DNA of 64,000 nt from Pseudomonadota bacterium (GTDB lineage Bacteria; Pseudomonadota; Alphaproteobacteria; Micropepsales; Micropepsaceae), in the NCBI GenBank assembly GCA_041178445.1, contig JBEGVG010000064.1:34-64033 (forward strand), in the 5' to 3' direction. How positions within the stretch are numbered: position 1 is the first letter of the stretch; every line of letters begins with the position of its first letter. Under the pieces are notes generated by a model that made no database searches, was not told the origin of the DNA, and saw only the letters and a program-made list of their open reading frames with translations. A program made the position numbers and the translations under genes. Shown piece by piece: positions 28,867 through 41,693 of the stretch.

Positions 28867-29430
28867 GGGTTGGCGATTGGCTCCGGGAATCCAGAGCACG
28901 TCGCCCTTGCCGCCGTCATTGGCGGCGCGGGCCATCACGAACAGGTGATCCGAAAGGCGGTTGGCATAATGCAGCGCCGCCGGGTTGATATCTTCCTGCG
29001 CGGCCAGCGCGGCGATTGCTGCTTCCGCCCGCCGCGCGATGGCGCGCGCCATATGCAGATGCGCCGAAAGCGGCGTGCCCCCCGGCAGCACGAATGAGGT
29101 GAGCGGCGACAGCTGTTCGTTCATCGCGTCGATCTCGCGCTCCAGCCGTTCCACCTGAACGGACGCGATACGAAGACGGCTTTCGCCCTTGCGGCCATCT
29201 TCGGGGGCGGAGAGGTCGGCGCCCAGATCGAACAGGTCGTTCTGGATGCGCGCCAGCGCAGCATCGAACGCACCCGCTGCCAGTCGGGCCACGCCTATCG
29301 CGCTGTTGGCCTCATCCACTGCACCGATGGCGGCTATCCGCAGGGATGCCTTGGAAACCCGGCTGCCGTCGGACAGCCCGGTTTGCCCGGAATCGCCGCC
29401 TTTTGTGTAGATTCGATCGAGTCTAACCAC
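28864..29430 (-). CDS. pduO: Cob(I)alamin adenosyltransferase, PduO type
   Basis: IYTKGGDSGQT, IQNDLFDLGADL, FVLPGGT, NRLSDHLF; GTG start. Confidence 0.93.
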   Translation of the reverse strand: MVRLDRIYTKGGDSGQTGLSDGSRVSKASLRIAAIGAVDEANSAIGVARLAAGAFDAALARIQNDLFDLGADLSAPEDGRKGESRLRIASVQVERLEREIDAMNEQLSPLTSFVLPGGTPLSAHLHMARAIARRAEAAIAALAAQEDINPAALHYANRLSDHLFVMARAANDGGKGDVLWIPGANRQP

Positions 29431-29516
29431 TGAAAAATCCGCCCTTGCCGGGCAAATCTTAGCTTGTATGATCCCGCCAATCTTCCCCAATTTGCGCGCT
29501 TTTTAGGTTCTTTCGC

Positions 29517-29702
29517 ATGCCAGTCGATGCCCCCGAAATCGTTGAAACCGAGAACACCCGCGTTGCCTGCGACGGCGGTGGCGGCGCCCTGGGACATCCG
29601 CGCGTCTATCTCGAAATGGGCGATGAAACCTCGGTCGAGTGCCCCTATTGCGACAAGCGCTTTGTGCTCAAGGCCGGGGCACACGGGGCTGGCCATCATT
29701 GA
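29517..29702 (+). CDS. Zinc-finger (zf-CHCC, NDUFS6-like) protein
   Basis: VACDGGGGALGHPRVYL...CPYCD. Confidence 0.9.
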   Translation: MPVDAPEIVETENTRVACDGGGGALGHPRVYLEMGDETSVECPYCDKRFVLKAGAHGAGHH

Positions 29703-32575
29703 CCGCTCTTAAAAAGGGCGACCATCTCTATCTGGTGGACGGATCGGGCTATCTGTTCCGGGCCTATCACGCCCTGCCGCCTTTGACCCGCAAGTCCGAC
29801 GGCCTGCCGACCGGCGCGGTGGCGGGCTACTGCAACATGCTGTGGAAGCTGCTGGCCGACGTCAAGGGCCCGGAACAGCCGACCCATCTTGCGGTGATCT
29901 TCGATGCCAGCGAAAAGACCTTCCGCAACGAAATCTACAAAGAATATAAGGCGCACCGCCCGCCCGCGCCCGAAGACCTGATTCCGCAATTTCCGCTGGT
30001 GCGCGATGCCACCCGCGCTTTCGGCGTCTCCTGTGTCGAGATGAACGGCTTCGAGGCCGACGATCTGATCGCCACCTATGCGCGTCTGGCGCGCGAAGCC
30101 GGCGCCCGCTGCACCATCATCTCCTCCGACAAGGATCTGATGCAGCTGGTGGTGGACGGCAAGGTCGAGCTGCTGGACACAATGAAAAACCGCCGCCTGG
30201 CCAGCGCCGAAGTGCTGGAGAAATTCGGCGTCACGCCCGACAAGGTGGTGCAGGTGCAGGCGCTGGCCGGCGATACATCCGACAATGTGCCGGGTGTGCG
30301 CGGCATCGGCGTCAAGACCGCGGCCGAACTGATCAATCTGTATGGGGATATCGAAAACCTGCTGGCCAGGGTGGGCGAGATCAAGCAGCCCAAGCGCCGC
30401 GAAACCCTGATCGAAAATGCGGAAAATGCCCGCATTTCGCTCAGGCTGGTGACGCTGGACGATCACGTGCCGCTGAAGGAACCGCCGGGCGACTTCGCGG
30501 TGCATGAGCCGAACTGCAAGGAGCTGATTGCCTTCCTCAAGGCGATGGAGTTCGGCTCCATCACCAAGCGGGTGTCGGCCCATTTCGAGGTTCAGGACCT
30601 GGACCTGATCGCTGCCGCGCCGACGGTCGTCAACGTGCTGCCGCCAAAGCCCGAACTGCCGCCCATCGAAGGGGAAACCCCCGCCGATACTTCGGCCCTT
30701 AGCGCGCCGATCGACCGCGATGCCTATGTCACGGTGACGACACCAGCGGAGCTGGAAAAATGGATCGCCCGGGCCCATGAGACCGGCATTGTCTGTGTCG
30801 ATACCGAAACCACCTCGCTGGACGCGATGGTGGCAGGACTTTGCGGCGTCGCCCTTGCAGTCGCGCCGGGGGAGGCCTGTTACGTTCCTTGCGGCCATCG
30901 CAAGGGTGACGGCCTGTCGCTCGACCTGTCCCAGGCGCAGGATGGCGGCGATGCCGTGGTGCAGATGACCGAGGCAGACGTGCTGGCCCGCCTGAAGCCG
31001 CTGCTGGAAGACGACAGCATCCTGAAGGTGGGCCAGAATCTGAAATATGACGCGCTGGTTTTCCTGCAGCGCGGCATTCGGCTCGATCCCATCGATGACA
31101 CCATGCTGATGTCCTATGTGCTGGAAGGCGGGTTGCACGGCCATGGCATGGACGAATTGTCCATGCTGCACCTCTCCCACACCCCGATCACCTTCAGCGA
31201 AGTCACCGGCAAGGGCAAGGACAAGCGCAGCTTCGACTGCGTCCCGGTGGCGGAAGCCACCAAATATTCCGCCGAGGATGCCGACGTCACCTTGCGGCTG
31301 CACATGCTGTTCAAGCCGCAATTGCGCGAAAAAACCAAGCGCTGTGTCTATGAGACTTTGGAGCGGCCGCTGGTGATGGTGCTGGCCGATATGGAGCGCG
31401 CCGGCGTCAGCATCGATCCCGACCTGCTGCGCAAACTGTCCAACGATTTCGCCAAGCAGCAGGTTCTGCTGGAAGGCGAGATTCACAAGCTGGCGGACAG
31501 CGACTTCAATATCGGTTCGCCCAAGCAGCTGGGCGAAATCCTGTTCGACCGCATGAAACTGGAAGGCGGGCGCAAGACCAAGACCGGCGCTTGGTCCACC
31601 GACAGCGATGTGCTGGAAGATGTCGCGGCCCAGGGCCATCCCATCGCCACCAAGGTTCTGGAATGGCGGGGTCTTGCCAAACTGCGCGGCACCTATACCG
31701 ACGCGCTGCCCAACTATATCAACGCCAAGACGGGACGGGTGCATACGTCATACGCCATGGCGTCCACCACCACCGGGCGGCTGGCCTCCACCGATCCCAA
31801 CCTGCAGAACATTCCGGTACGCACCGAAGAGGGGCGCCGCATCCGTCAGGCTTTCATTGCCGCCAAGGGCAACAAGCTGATAAGCGCCGACTATAGCCAG
31901 ATCGAGCTTCGGCTGCTGGCCCATATTGCCGACATTCCGGAACTGAAAAAAGCCTTTGCCGACAATCTCGACATTCACGCCATGACGGCGTCGGAAATAT
32001 TCGGCGTGCCGCTTAAGGACATGACCGCCGAAGTGCGCCGCAAGGCCAAGGCGATCAATTTCGGCATTGTCTACGGCATTTCCGGCTTTGGTCTCGCCAA
32101 CCAGCTGGGCATCCCGCAAGGCGAGGCCTCGGACTATATCAAGAAATACTTCACGCGATTCCCGGGCATCCGCGACTATATGGAAGACACCAAGCAGTTC
32201 GCCCGCACCCATGGCTATGTCGAAACCCTGTTCGGACGGCGCATCCATATCCGCGAGATCAACTCCAAGGTCCAGGGCTTCCGCGCCGGGGCCGAGCGCG
32301 CCGCCATCAATGCGCCCATCCAGGGCGCTGCTGCCGACATCATCCGCCGCGCCATGGTGCGCATGCCGGTCGCGCTGGAAGAAGCCAAGGTCAAGGCCAC
32401 CATGCTGCTGCAGGTGCATGATGAACTGATCTTCGAAGCCCCCGACAAGGATGTCGAGAAGGCGTCGAAACTGATCCGGTCGGTGATGGAAAAGGCGGCG
32501 CTGCCGGCGGTTGAGATTTCTGTGCCGCTGGTGGTGGATGCATGCGCTGCCGACAACTGGGACGCGGCACACTAA
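29699..32575 (+). CDS. polA: DNA polymerase I
   Basis: LVDGSGYLFRAYHA 5'-3' exo, VDTET 3'-5' exo, ADYSQIELR, KAINFGIVYG, LQVHDEL; TTG start. Confidence 0.98.
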   Translation: MTALKKGDHLYLVDGSGYLFRAYHALPPLTRKSDGLPTGAVAGYCNMLWKLLADVKGPEQPTHLAVIFDASEKTFRNEIYKEYKAHRPPAPEDLIPQFPLVRDATRAFGVSCVEMNGFEADDLIATYARLAREAGARCTIISSDKDLMQLVVDGKVELLDTMKNRRLASAEVLEKFGVTPDKVVQVQALAGDTSDNVPGVRGIGVKTAAELINLYGDIENLLARVGEIKQPKRRETLIENAENARISLRLVTLDDHVPLKEPPGDFAVHEPNCKELIAFLKAMEFGSITKRVSAHFEVQDLDLIAAAPTVVNVLPPKPELPPIEGETPADTSALSAPIDRDAYVTVTTPAELEKWIARAHETGIVCVDTETTSLDAMVAGLCGVALAVAPGEACYVPCGHRKGDGLSLDLSQAQDGGDAVVQMTEADVLARLKPLLEDDSILKVGQNLKYDALVFLQRGIRLDPIDDTMLMSYVLEGGLHGHGMDELSMLHLSHTPITFSEVTGKGKDKRSFDCVPVAEATKYSAEDADVTLRLHMLFKPQLREKTKRCVYETLERPLVMVLADMERAGVSIDPDLLRKLSNDFAKQQVLLEGEIHKLADSDFNIGSPKQLGEILFDRMKLEGGRKTKTGAWSTDSDVLEDVAAQGHPIATKVLEWRGLAKLRGTYTDALPNYINAKTGRVHTSYAMASTTTGRLASTDPNLQNIPVRTEEGRRIRQAFIAAKGNKLISADYSQIELRLLAHIADIPELKKAFADNLDIHAMTASEIFGVPLKDMTAEVRRKAKAINFGIVYGISGFGLANQLGIPQGEASDYIKKYFTRFPGIRDYMEDTKQFARTHGYVETLFGRRIHIREINSKVQGFRAGAERAAINAPIQGAAADIIRRAMVRMPVALEEAKVKATMLLQVHDELIFEAPDKDVEKASKLIRSVMEKAALPAVEISVPLVVDACAADNWDAAH

Positions 32576-32581
32576 TTTACT

Positions 32582-32688
32582 CTCCATGGCCGGCCTTGGT
32601 GAGTAGCGACAGCGTACGAACGCCATCCAACTTCTCTTTTCGCACAGATGTCGCGATGGATGGGCGGGTCAAGCCCGCCCATGGTGAG
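32582..32688. repeat. REP-like doublet with an insertion in the first unit
   Basis: CCATGGCCGGCCTTG-[GTGAGTAGCGACAGCGTACGAAC]-GCCATCCA ... TGGATGGGCGGGTCAAGCCCGCCCATGG. Confidence 0.8.
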
Positions 32689-32691
32689 GAG

Positions 32692-34413
32692 TTAGGCAGC
32701 GATAGACTTCAATCCCGTTTCGGGCGTGATGCCGGCCTTGCCCAATGTTTCCATCAGCTCGGCCATGGTCTTTTCGCTGTCTGGCATCGCGCCATCCTTG
32801 GCCTGCGACGCGATGTAGCCGCTGAGGAAACCGGGCTGGGACAGGCAGCCCAGGATCATGTCGCGCGCCCGCGACGACAGGGTGCCTTCCGTCAAGACGC
32901 CGCCGGTCACCAGCCGCAGCAATGTCTGCGCTTTCTCGACCGGGTTCGGGCGTGCGGCAATGGAATCAAACAGCTTGCCGCGCGCTTCCATCGTCGCCGC
33001 CAGCGCATCCATCTTGGCCGCGATTTCCTCGCGGGTGACATCGACAAAGCCGCTGCGGCGCACCCGCGCCTGCAACTGCGCCAGCCGCTGCAGCCGCGAC
33101 AGCAGCGGCAGCTTGGGATTGTTGAAATGACTGTCGAACTGGGCCGAGGTCAGGATTGGCATCACATAGCTGGCCAACTGGCGCTTGTTCTCCACCCCGA
33201 TGATATTGTCCTCGACCAACAGGATGCGTTCGATCTTTTCATCGGGTCCGGCCTCGATGATGTAGCTGCCCAGCGATTCCTGGGTGACCAGACGCTTGGA
33301 GCGCAGGGTGAAGGCCGCCACCAGATCTTCATGGCTGAGATATTTTCCCACCCCCATCACGATGCGGTTGGCGATGCTGCGCAGCGCCTTCAGCTCATCG
33401 ACCATGGAATCGGGGCACAGCCGCTTGTTGCTCTTGAATTCCGCGACAATGCGGTTGGTGACGGCGGTGCGCGCCTCGGGCAGGCTGTCGGTGGCGAAAT
33501 TCTGGGTCAGCGCCGCCAGCCCGCTCTTGGCGTCCTCGGGAGCCTTGCCCAGGAACAGGGCGACCAGATTGTTCAGGGCACCGGCCAGATTCTCGGACCG
33601 GCCCATCAGCTCGTGCAGCGCGGCCGAGCCGCCCAGGATTTCCGCCAGGATGGCATCGATCGATGACAGGACCAGCCTGCGCGGGCCCTCTTCCTTCGGG
33701 GCGCCGGCCATGATGGTGATCAGCATCAGGACCTTTTCGTCCCAGCCCTGCGCGTCTTTGAGGTGCCGCGCCAGCGCGCCATTGAAGATATAGGCGGCGT
33801 CACCCTGGCCATAAAGCTTCACGGCCAGCTCGGCGAACTGCTCGGGCCTGGGATCGGGGAACAGCCCCTTGCGCTGGTCGCGATAGACCCGGTTGAAGGC
33901 CTGGGTGGTGGGTTAATTCAGGCTCTTGACGATCTGCTGCACCGGCGTGGTGGTGGAGGCGGCCTGGGCCACCGCAATCTTCTGGATGGCGTGCTGATAG
34001 AGCGTGCCGGTGGCTTCCAGCTTTTCCAGCATGTCGGCGCGGTGGATCAGTTCGGTGATGGTGATCTTGTTGCGCGCCAGATAGTCGCCGAGCAGCCAGC
34101 TCATGGTGGCGCGGGCGTGATAGGAATACAGATCGTCCGGCTTGAAACAGGGCAGGGCATGCGGCGCGTCTTCCTGCGCCGGCTCCACCTTCATCTGGTT
34201 GTGGCCCTCTTCGAAAATCTTGAGGGTGAGATAGTCGCCGGTATCGTCGTTATAGGTTTCCTTGACCACTTTCACGCCGGTGGCCTTCTCGGACGCCATC
34301 AACTCCTGCGCCATGGTGATGGCCAGTTCGCGCGTCGAGGTGACCTCGTGCATGGTCCAGCCGCCCTTGGCGCCGACCCTGCGGAAAACTTCGTAATGAA
34401 TCTCGCGTCCCAT
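32692..34413 (-). pseudogene. Conserved-looking hypothetical gene interrupted by one in-frame TAA (33913-33915)
   Basis: ORFs 33913-34431 and 32692-33822 are in the same frame, and the 30 codons between them are open with host codon usage. Confidence 0.75.
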
Positions 34414-34447
34414 ATGACGATGGTGCCGCAAACGGCCTAAACGGCGG

Positions 34448-35239
34448 TTAACCGTGGCCGTCCAGGGCGTGGATTGTCGCTGCGGAGCCGCACAAGGGGC
34501 AGGCGGGGTCCGGGGCCAGCCGGGCAGTGCGAAATTCGGCGCTAAGCGCTTTAAAGGTAAGGATTTTTCCGGCCAGCCCAGTCCCCAACCCGGCCGCCTC
34601 TTTCAGCACTTCCAGGGCCTGCAGCGACCCCATCACCCCGGCGGCGGCCCCCAGGACGCCCGTTTCCGAGCAGGACCGCACCGTGCCCGGCGCGGGCGGG
34701 GCGGGGAAAAGGCAGCGGTAGCAGGGGTAGGGGTGGCTGCGGTCGAACGCCTTGTAGGTGGCGAGCTGGCCTTCAAATTCGGTCACCGCCGCCGACACCA
34801 GAATCTTCTTCGCGAAGAAGCAGGCATCGTTGAGCAGGAAGCGGGTGGCAAAATTGTCCGACCCATCCGCAACGATGTCATAGCCGCTGATCAGCGCCAT
34901 CACATTGCCGGCCTTCAGCCGTGTGTGATGGACATCGATCTGGACCCCGGGATTCAAGGCTTTCAGCGCCTCGTGACCGGCATCCACCTTGGCGCGGCCG
35001 ACATCGGCGGTGCGAAACAGGATCTGGCGCTGCAGGTTGGAAAGGCTGACCGCATCATCGTCCACCAGGCCGATGGCGCCGATGCCGGCGGCGGCTAGAT
35101 ACAGTGCGGCGGGGCTGCCCAGTCCGCCCGCGCCCACGATCAATACGCGGCTCTTGCGAATCCTGGCTTGGCCCACGCCGCCGACTTCCCGCAGGACCAG
35201 ATGGCGGGCGTAGCGGTCGAGCTCTTCATCCGAAAGCAT
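34448..35239 (-). CDS. moeB: MoeB/ThiF family adenylyltransferase
   Basis: RYARH, GAGGLG, SNLQRQ, DGSDNF, CYRC, C..CG. Confidence 0.92.
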   Translation of the reverse strand: MLSDEELDRYARHLVLREVGGVGQARIRKSRVLIVGAGGLGSPAALYLAAAGIGAIGLVDDDAVSLSNLQRQILFRTADVGRAKVDAGHEALKALNPGVQIDVHHTRLKAGNVMALISGYDIVADGSDNFATRFLLNDACFFAKKILVSAAVTEFEGQLATYKAFDRSHPYPCYRCLFPAPPAPGTVRSCSETGVLGAAAGVMGSLQALEVLKEAAGLGTGLAGKILTFKALSAEFRTARLAPDPACPLCGSAATIHALDGHG

Positions 35240-35296
35240 CAGGTTCCTTACGGCCAAAGACGCGATGCTGACAACGCCGTGACAACAGGTCACCCA

Positions 35297-35368
35297 TGTA
35301 TACAGCGAGCGTCTTTCTAAAAACTTGAATACAATAGATATTTAGGCGTGAGTTCCAGCCTGTATACA
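35297..35368. promoter_or_regulatory. Repeated TGTATACA palindromes in the moeB/pckA divergent region
   Basis: TGTATACA at 35297 and 35361, TTGAATACAA at 35325. Confidence 0.55.
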
Positions 35369-35426
35369 TTTGAGGCCGGTGCCCTGGGCCGCTATGACAA
35401 ACGGGAGAATTACGCTGGAGTATTCC

Positions 35427-37028
35427 ATGTCCGATACCGCGCACGGCCTTGGCCGCCATGGCTTTCGCAACCTCAAATCCGTGAACTGGAATCTGGGCGC
35501 CGCCGCGCTCTACGAAGAAGCGGTGCGCCGGGGCGAAGGCCATGTCGCCAAGAACGGCCCGCTGGTGGTGCGTACCGGCGTCCATACCGGCCGCTCCGCA
35601 TCCGACAAGTTCGTGGTGCGCGATGCCAGCACCGAAGATCAAGTGTGGTGGGACAATAACAAGGCAATGAGCCAGGGCCAGTTCGACGCCCTTTATGCCG
35701 ACATGATGGCCCATGTCGAAGGGCGCGAACTGTTCGCCAAGGACCTGTTCGGCGGCGCCGACCTGACCCATCGCATCCGCGTGCGCGTGGTCACCGAATA
35801 TGCCTGGCACTCGCTGTTCGTCCACCAGCTGCTGATCCGCCCCAGCGCGCAGGAGCTTAAGGGCTTCGATCCGGAATTCACCATCATCGACCTGCCCAGC
35901 TTCAATGCCGACCCGGCCAAGCATGGCTGTGTCAGCCAGACCGTGATCGCGGTCAATTTCAGCAAGAAGGTGATCCTGATCGGCGGCACGTCTTACGCCG
36001 GCGAGATGAAGAAATCGGTCTTCACCATCATGAATTACCTGTTGCCGGCCAAGCGAGTGATGAGCATGCATTGCTCGGCCAATGTGGCGGCGAGCGGCGA
36101 ATCGGCCATATTTTTCGGCCTTTCCGGCACCGGCAAAACCACGCTGTCCGCCGATGCGTCGCGCACCCTGATCGGCGATGACGAGCATGGCTGGAGCGAG
36201 AACGGCATCTTCAACATCGAAGGCGGCTGCTACGCCAAGGTGATCCGCCTGAGCCGCGAGGCGGAGCCCGAAATCTTTTCCACCACCGAGCGCTTCGGCA
36301 CCGTGCTGGAGAATGTGGTGATGGATCCGGCGACGCGCGAGCTGGACCTGGATGACGCGACCTATGCGGAAAACACCCGCGCGGCCTATCCGATCGACTA
36401 TATTCCCAATGCCAGCGCCACGGGCCGCGCCGGGCACCCCAAGAATGTGATCATGCTGACGGCCGATGCCTTTGGCGTCCTGCCGCCGATCGCAAAGCTG
36501 ACCCCGTCCCAGGCCATTTATCATTTCCTGTCGGGTTTCACCGCCAAGGTGGCGGGCACCGAGAAGGGGCTCGGCAAGGAGCCGCAGCCTACTTTCTCGA
36601 CCTGCTTTGGCGCCCCCTTCATGCCGCGCCATCCGTCGGAATATGGCAACCTGCTGCGCGCCCTGATCGCCGAGCATCAGGCCGATTGCTGGCTGGTCAA
36701 TACCGGCTGGACCGGCGGCGCCTTCGGCACCGGCAGCCGCATGCCGATCAAGGCGACCCGCGCGCTTCTGAATGCGGCGCTGGACGGCAGCCTGGGCAAC
36801 GCCGAAATGCGGATCGATCCGCACTTCAAGTTCCGGGTGCCGGTGGCGGTGCCGGGCGTGGACCCGGCCATCCTCAACCCGCGCGACACCTGGGCCGACA
36901 AGGCCGCCTATGACGCCCAGGCCAGGAAGCTGGTCGGCATGTTCCGGGATAACTTCAAGAAGTTCGAAGCCCATGTCGGGCAAGATGTGCTGCAGGCCGC
37001 TCCGAGTTTGGCAGAAGCAGCAGAATAG
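35427..37028 (+). CDS. pckA: Phosphoenolpyruvate carboxykinase (ATP)
   Basis: [43 protein letters not shown]. Confidence 0.98.
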   Translation: MSDTAHGLGRHGFRNLKSVNWNLGAAALYEEAVRRGEGHVAKNGPLVVRTGVHTGRSASDKFVVRDASTEDQVWWDNNKAMSQGQFDALYADMMAHVEGRELFAKDLFGGADLTHRIRVRVVTEYAWHSLFVHQLLIRPSAQELKGFDPEFTIIDLPSFNADPAKHGCVSQTVIAVNFSKKVILIGGTSYAGEMKKSVFTIMNYLLPAKRVMSMHCSANVAASGESAIFFGLSGTGKTTLSADASRTLIGDDEHGWSENGIFNIEGGCYAKVIRLSREAEPEIFSTTERFGTVLENVVMDPATRELDLDDATYAENTRAAYPIDYIPNASATGRAGHPKNVIMLTADAFGVLPPIAKLTPSQAIYHFLSGFTAKVAGTEKGLGKEPQPTFSTCFGAPFMPRHPSEYGNLLRALIAEHQADCWLVNTGWTGGAFGTGSRMPIKATRALLNAALDGSLGNAEMRIDPHFKFRVPVAVPGVDPAILNPRDTWADKAAYDAQARKLVGMFRDNFKKFEAHVGQDVLQAAPSLAEAAE

Positions 37029-37060
37029 AGCATAATCAAATACTTACCGCGCAGCATGGG

Positions 37061-37092
37061 GTGCAGCATGGATCTCCATGCTGCACTTTTTG
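37061..37092. terminator. Terminator after pckA
   Basis: GTGCAGCATGGA-TC-TCCATGCTGCAC-TTTTT. Confidence 0.8.
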
Positions 37093-37148
37093 CTGCAGCA
37101 TGAGCCGCAGCAAAACGCTCACCTCGGGCAAGGTTTACGCGGCGCCGG

Positions 37149-37724
37149 TCAGAGTTTGCGGTAGACCCACACCCGCGCGGGCGGGATGTTGGCCCAGACT
37201 AGGGCGGCGCGGCTGACCGCGCAGCCGGGCGGCGCTTCCACCGGCGCCTGGGTGCCATAGGAAAACTGGATCACCGGCGCGCCATGCTCCAGCCGGTCGA
37301 TCAGGCCCGCCATGTAGCTGTTGCGCAGGGCCACCGGGAAATTGAGCAGCGGCAGGCCGGAGACAATGGCGCTGAAGGGTTCGCCATGACGGCCCCCCAG
37401 CATGCGCTCCAGATCGAAGGCGTCGCCCTGCACCACATGAACCCGCGGAAAGCGATGCGCCAGATGTGCCGCCATCTCTGCGTCATACTCGATCAGCGTC
37501 AGACGCTCCGGCGCGATGCCGCGTTCCAGGATGGATTGGGTGATGACGCCGGTGCCGGGGCCAAGCTCCAGAATCGGTCCGGAGCGGCTGAGGTCGATGG
37601 CGCCCGCAATGGCGCGGGTCAGCGCCGGGCTGGACGGCACGATGGCGCCGACATTCTTGGGTCGGGTGATCAGCGCCTTGAGAAAACGCAGATTGTCGGC
37701 AAGGGCAAAGGTCTGGTCGGTCAA
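37149..37724 (-). CDS. pmtA: Phospholipid N-methyltransferase (Sinorhizobium-type)
   Basis: VGAIVPSS, LELGPGTG, VSGLPL, QFSY, WANIPPARVW. Confidence 0.88.
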   Translation of the reverse strand: MTDQTFALADNLRFLKALITRPKNVGAIVPSSPALTRAIAGAIDLSRSGPILELGPGTGVITQSILERGIAPERLTLIEYDAEMAAHLAHRFPRVHVVQGDAFDLERMLGGRHGEPFSAIVSGLPLLNFPVALRNSYMAGLIDRLEHGAPVIQFSYGTQAPVEAPPGCAVSRAALVWANIPPARVWVYRKL

Positions 37725-37819
37725 GGCGATACCACCGTGGGAGAGGGCCGGACTTTAAGCTGAAAAGACGATTCCGTGAAACACTTGACTTTGCAAAAAA
37801 TGCCGCAAAACCGGGGGTT

Positions 37820-38953
37820 TTATGCCCCAGCGCCGCCGCTCCAGAACTCCTTCAGCCGGGCCATGAAGCCCTCGGCTTCCGGGTGGGTGCCGGCCTGGCT
37901 TTCGGCGTCGAATTCCCGCAGCAATTCCTTTTGCCGCTTGGTCAGCCGGACCGGGGTTTCCACCGCCAGCTCGACATACAGATCGCCCCTCTGGGCACTG
38001 CGCAGCACCGGCATGCCCTTGCCCTTGAGGCGGAACTGCCGCCCCGGCTGGGTGCCCTCGGGAATCACCACCTTGGCGCGGCCACCATCCAGGGTCGGCA
38101 CTTCGATGCTGCCGCCCATCGCGGCGGTAACAAAGGAGACCGGGGCGCGGCAATGCAAGTCATGGCCGTCGCGCTGGAAGATGGGATGTTCGGCGACTTC
38201 CAGGAAAATATAGAGGTCACCGGATGGTCCGCCATTGACCCCGGCGGCGCCCTCGCCCGACAGGCGGATGCGCGTGCCTTCCTCGACGCCCGGCGGCACA
38301 TCGACATTCAAGGTGCGCTCCTTCTGGACAAGGCCCGCGCCGCGGCAGGTCTTGCAGGGATGGCGCACGATCTTGCCGCTGCCGCGGCACGATGAGCAGG
38401 TGCGTTCGATGGTGAAGAAGCCCTGAGTCGCCCGGACCTTGCCGTGACCGGCGCAACCGGGACAGGTTTCGGGGCTGTGGCCGGGCTCCGCGCCGCTGCC
38501 CGAACAGTCTTCGCAGGCAATCTGCGTCGGCACCCGGATTTCGGCGCTGCGGCCCCGAAAGGCTTCTTCCAGGCTGATCTCCAGATTGTAGCGCAGGTCT
38601 GCCCCGCGATTCTGCCGCTTGCCGCGGCCGCCCATCATCTGGCCGAAGAAATCCTCGAACACATCGCCGAAGCCGCCGGCGAAATCACCGAACGGATTGC
38701 CGCCGCGCGCGCCGGCAGCGCCGGTGCCGCCTTCGAATGCGGCGTGGCCGAAACGGTCATAGGCGGCGCGCTTCTGATCATCCTTCAGGATGTCATAGGC
38801 CTCGTTGATTTCCTTGAATTTGACTTCGGCGGTGTGGTCGCCGGGATTCTTGTCGGGATGAAACTTCATCGCCAGCTTGCGGTAAGCCGACTTCAGGACA
38901 TCGCCGCTCGCGCCCTTCTGGACTTCCAGACATTCATAATAACAGCGCTTCAT
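37820..38953 (-). CDS. dnaJ: Chaperone DnaJ
   Basis: HPDKN J-domain, four CxxCxGxG repeats. Confidence 0.98.
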   Translation of the reverse strand: MKRCYYECLEVQKGASGDVLKSAYRKLAMKFHPDKNPGDHTAEVKFKEINEAYDILKDDQKRAAYDRFGHAAFEGGTGAAGARGGNPFGDFAGGFGDVFEDFFGQMMGGRGKRQNRGADLRYNLEISLEEAFRGRSAEIRVPTQIACEDCSGSGAEPGHSPETCPGCAGHGKVRATQGFFTIERTCSSCRGSGKIVRHPCKTCRGAGLVQKERTLNVDVPPGVEEGTRIRLSGEGAAGVNGGPSGDLYIFLEVAEHPIFQRDGHDLHCRAPVSFVTAAMGGSIEVPTLDGGRAKVVIPEGTQPGRQFRLKGKGMPVLRSAQRGDLYVELAVETPVRLTKRQKELLREFDAESQAGTHPEAEGFMARLKEFWSGGAGA

Positions 38954-38980
38954 CGATACATCCGCCCCCGGATACAAAGC

Positions 38981-39013
38981 AAAAGGCCCTTCGCGCCCGA
39001 GGCGCGAAGGGCC
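38981..39013 (-). terminator. Terminator between dnaK and dnaJ
   Basis: 13-bp stem GGCCCTTCGCGCC/GGCGCGAAGGGCC with a U-tract on the minus strand. Confidence 0.8.
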
Positions 39014-39021
39014 GGTACTGG

Positions 39022-40956
<1,935 letters not shown>

Positions 40957-41072
40957 TGCAGTTCCTCTTATCGGGCATGGGTTCCGAGACCCCGAAGGCG
41001 TCTAAGCCCCATCCCATTGAATTCTTTGACAAAATCAGGCCTAAGCGAAAGCCCATGCTGACCTATGGGGGT

Positions 41073-41101
41073 ATATAGGGACGCGCTCCCGACTTGCCAA
41101 G
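41073..41101 (-). promoter_or_regulatory. RpoH (sigma32)-type promoter of dnaK
   Basis: CTTG-N18-CCTATAT on the minus strand, fitting the alphaproteobacterial heat-shock consensus. Confidence 0.6.
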
Positions 41102-41114
41102 CCTATGGCCGGAT

Positions 41115-41600
41115 TCAGGGATTGAGCACCCAGAACCGCCAGGTCAGGAGGGTGGCAAAACTGGTCCAGGCCAGATAGGGCAGCATCAGCCAGCCGGCGA
41201 TCTTGTCCCGCCGCCAGAACAGCAGCAGCGTACAGAGGATCGCCAGGTCCAGCAGCACGATTTCGACAAAGGCGGCGCCGATCCGGTGCATCGCAAAGAA
41301 GATCGCGCTCCAGGCGAAGTTCAGCGCCAGCTGGATGCCCCAGGCCGCCATCTCGATCGATGCAAGGCCGGTGATCCGCCACACCCGCCAGGCCGCCACC
41401 GCCATCATGACGTAAAGCGTGGACCAGACCGGAGCGAACACCCAGTTGGGCGGGGTGATCGAAGGATGGTTCAGCTGGGCATACCAAGTGGGGATGTTGG
41501 GCTGGGTGAAAAAGCTGCCCAAAGCCCCGATCGCCACCGTCACCAGCACGAAAATCAGCAGGGGACGGCGGTTCTTTTCTCCTATTTCACCGAAGATCAT
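41115..41600 (-). CDS. tspO: TspO/MBR tryptophan-rich sensory protein
   Basis: WY..L..P...PPNWVFAPVWS.LY, QLALNFAWS, PYLAW. Confidence 0.95.
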   Translation of the reverse strand: MIFGEIGEKNRRPLLIFVLVTVAIGALGSFFTQPNIPTWYAQLNHPSITPPNWVFAPVWSTLYVMMAVAAWRVWRITGLASIEMAAWGIQLALNFAWSAIFFAMHRIGAAFVEIVLLDLAILCTLLLFWRRDKIAGWLMLPYLAWTSFATLLTWRFWVLNP

Positions 41601-41693
41601 GGGCTCTCCACACAATTGCCTAACAGTGAAGCCAGCTTAGGCCCGGCGGTGATTTGCCGCCAGATAACAAAAACAAGGGGCGGGGGCGCTGGA

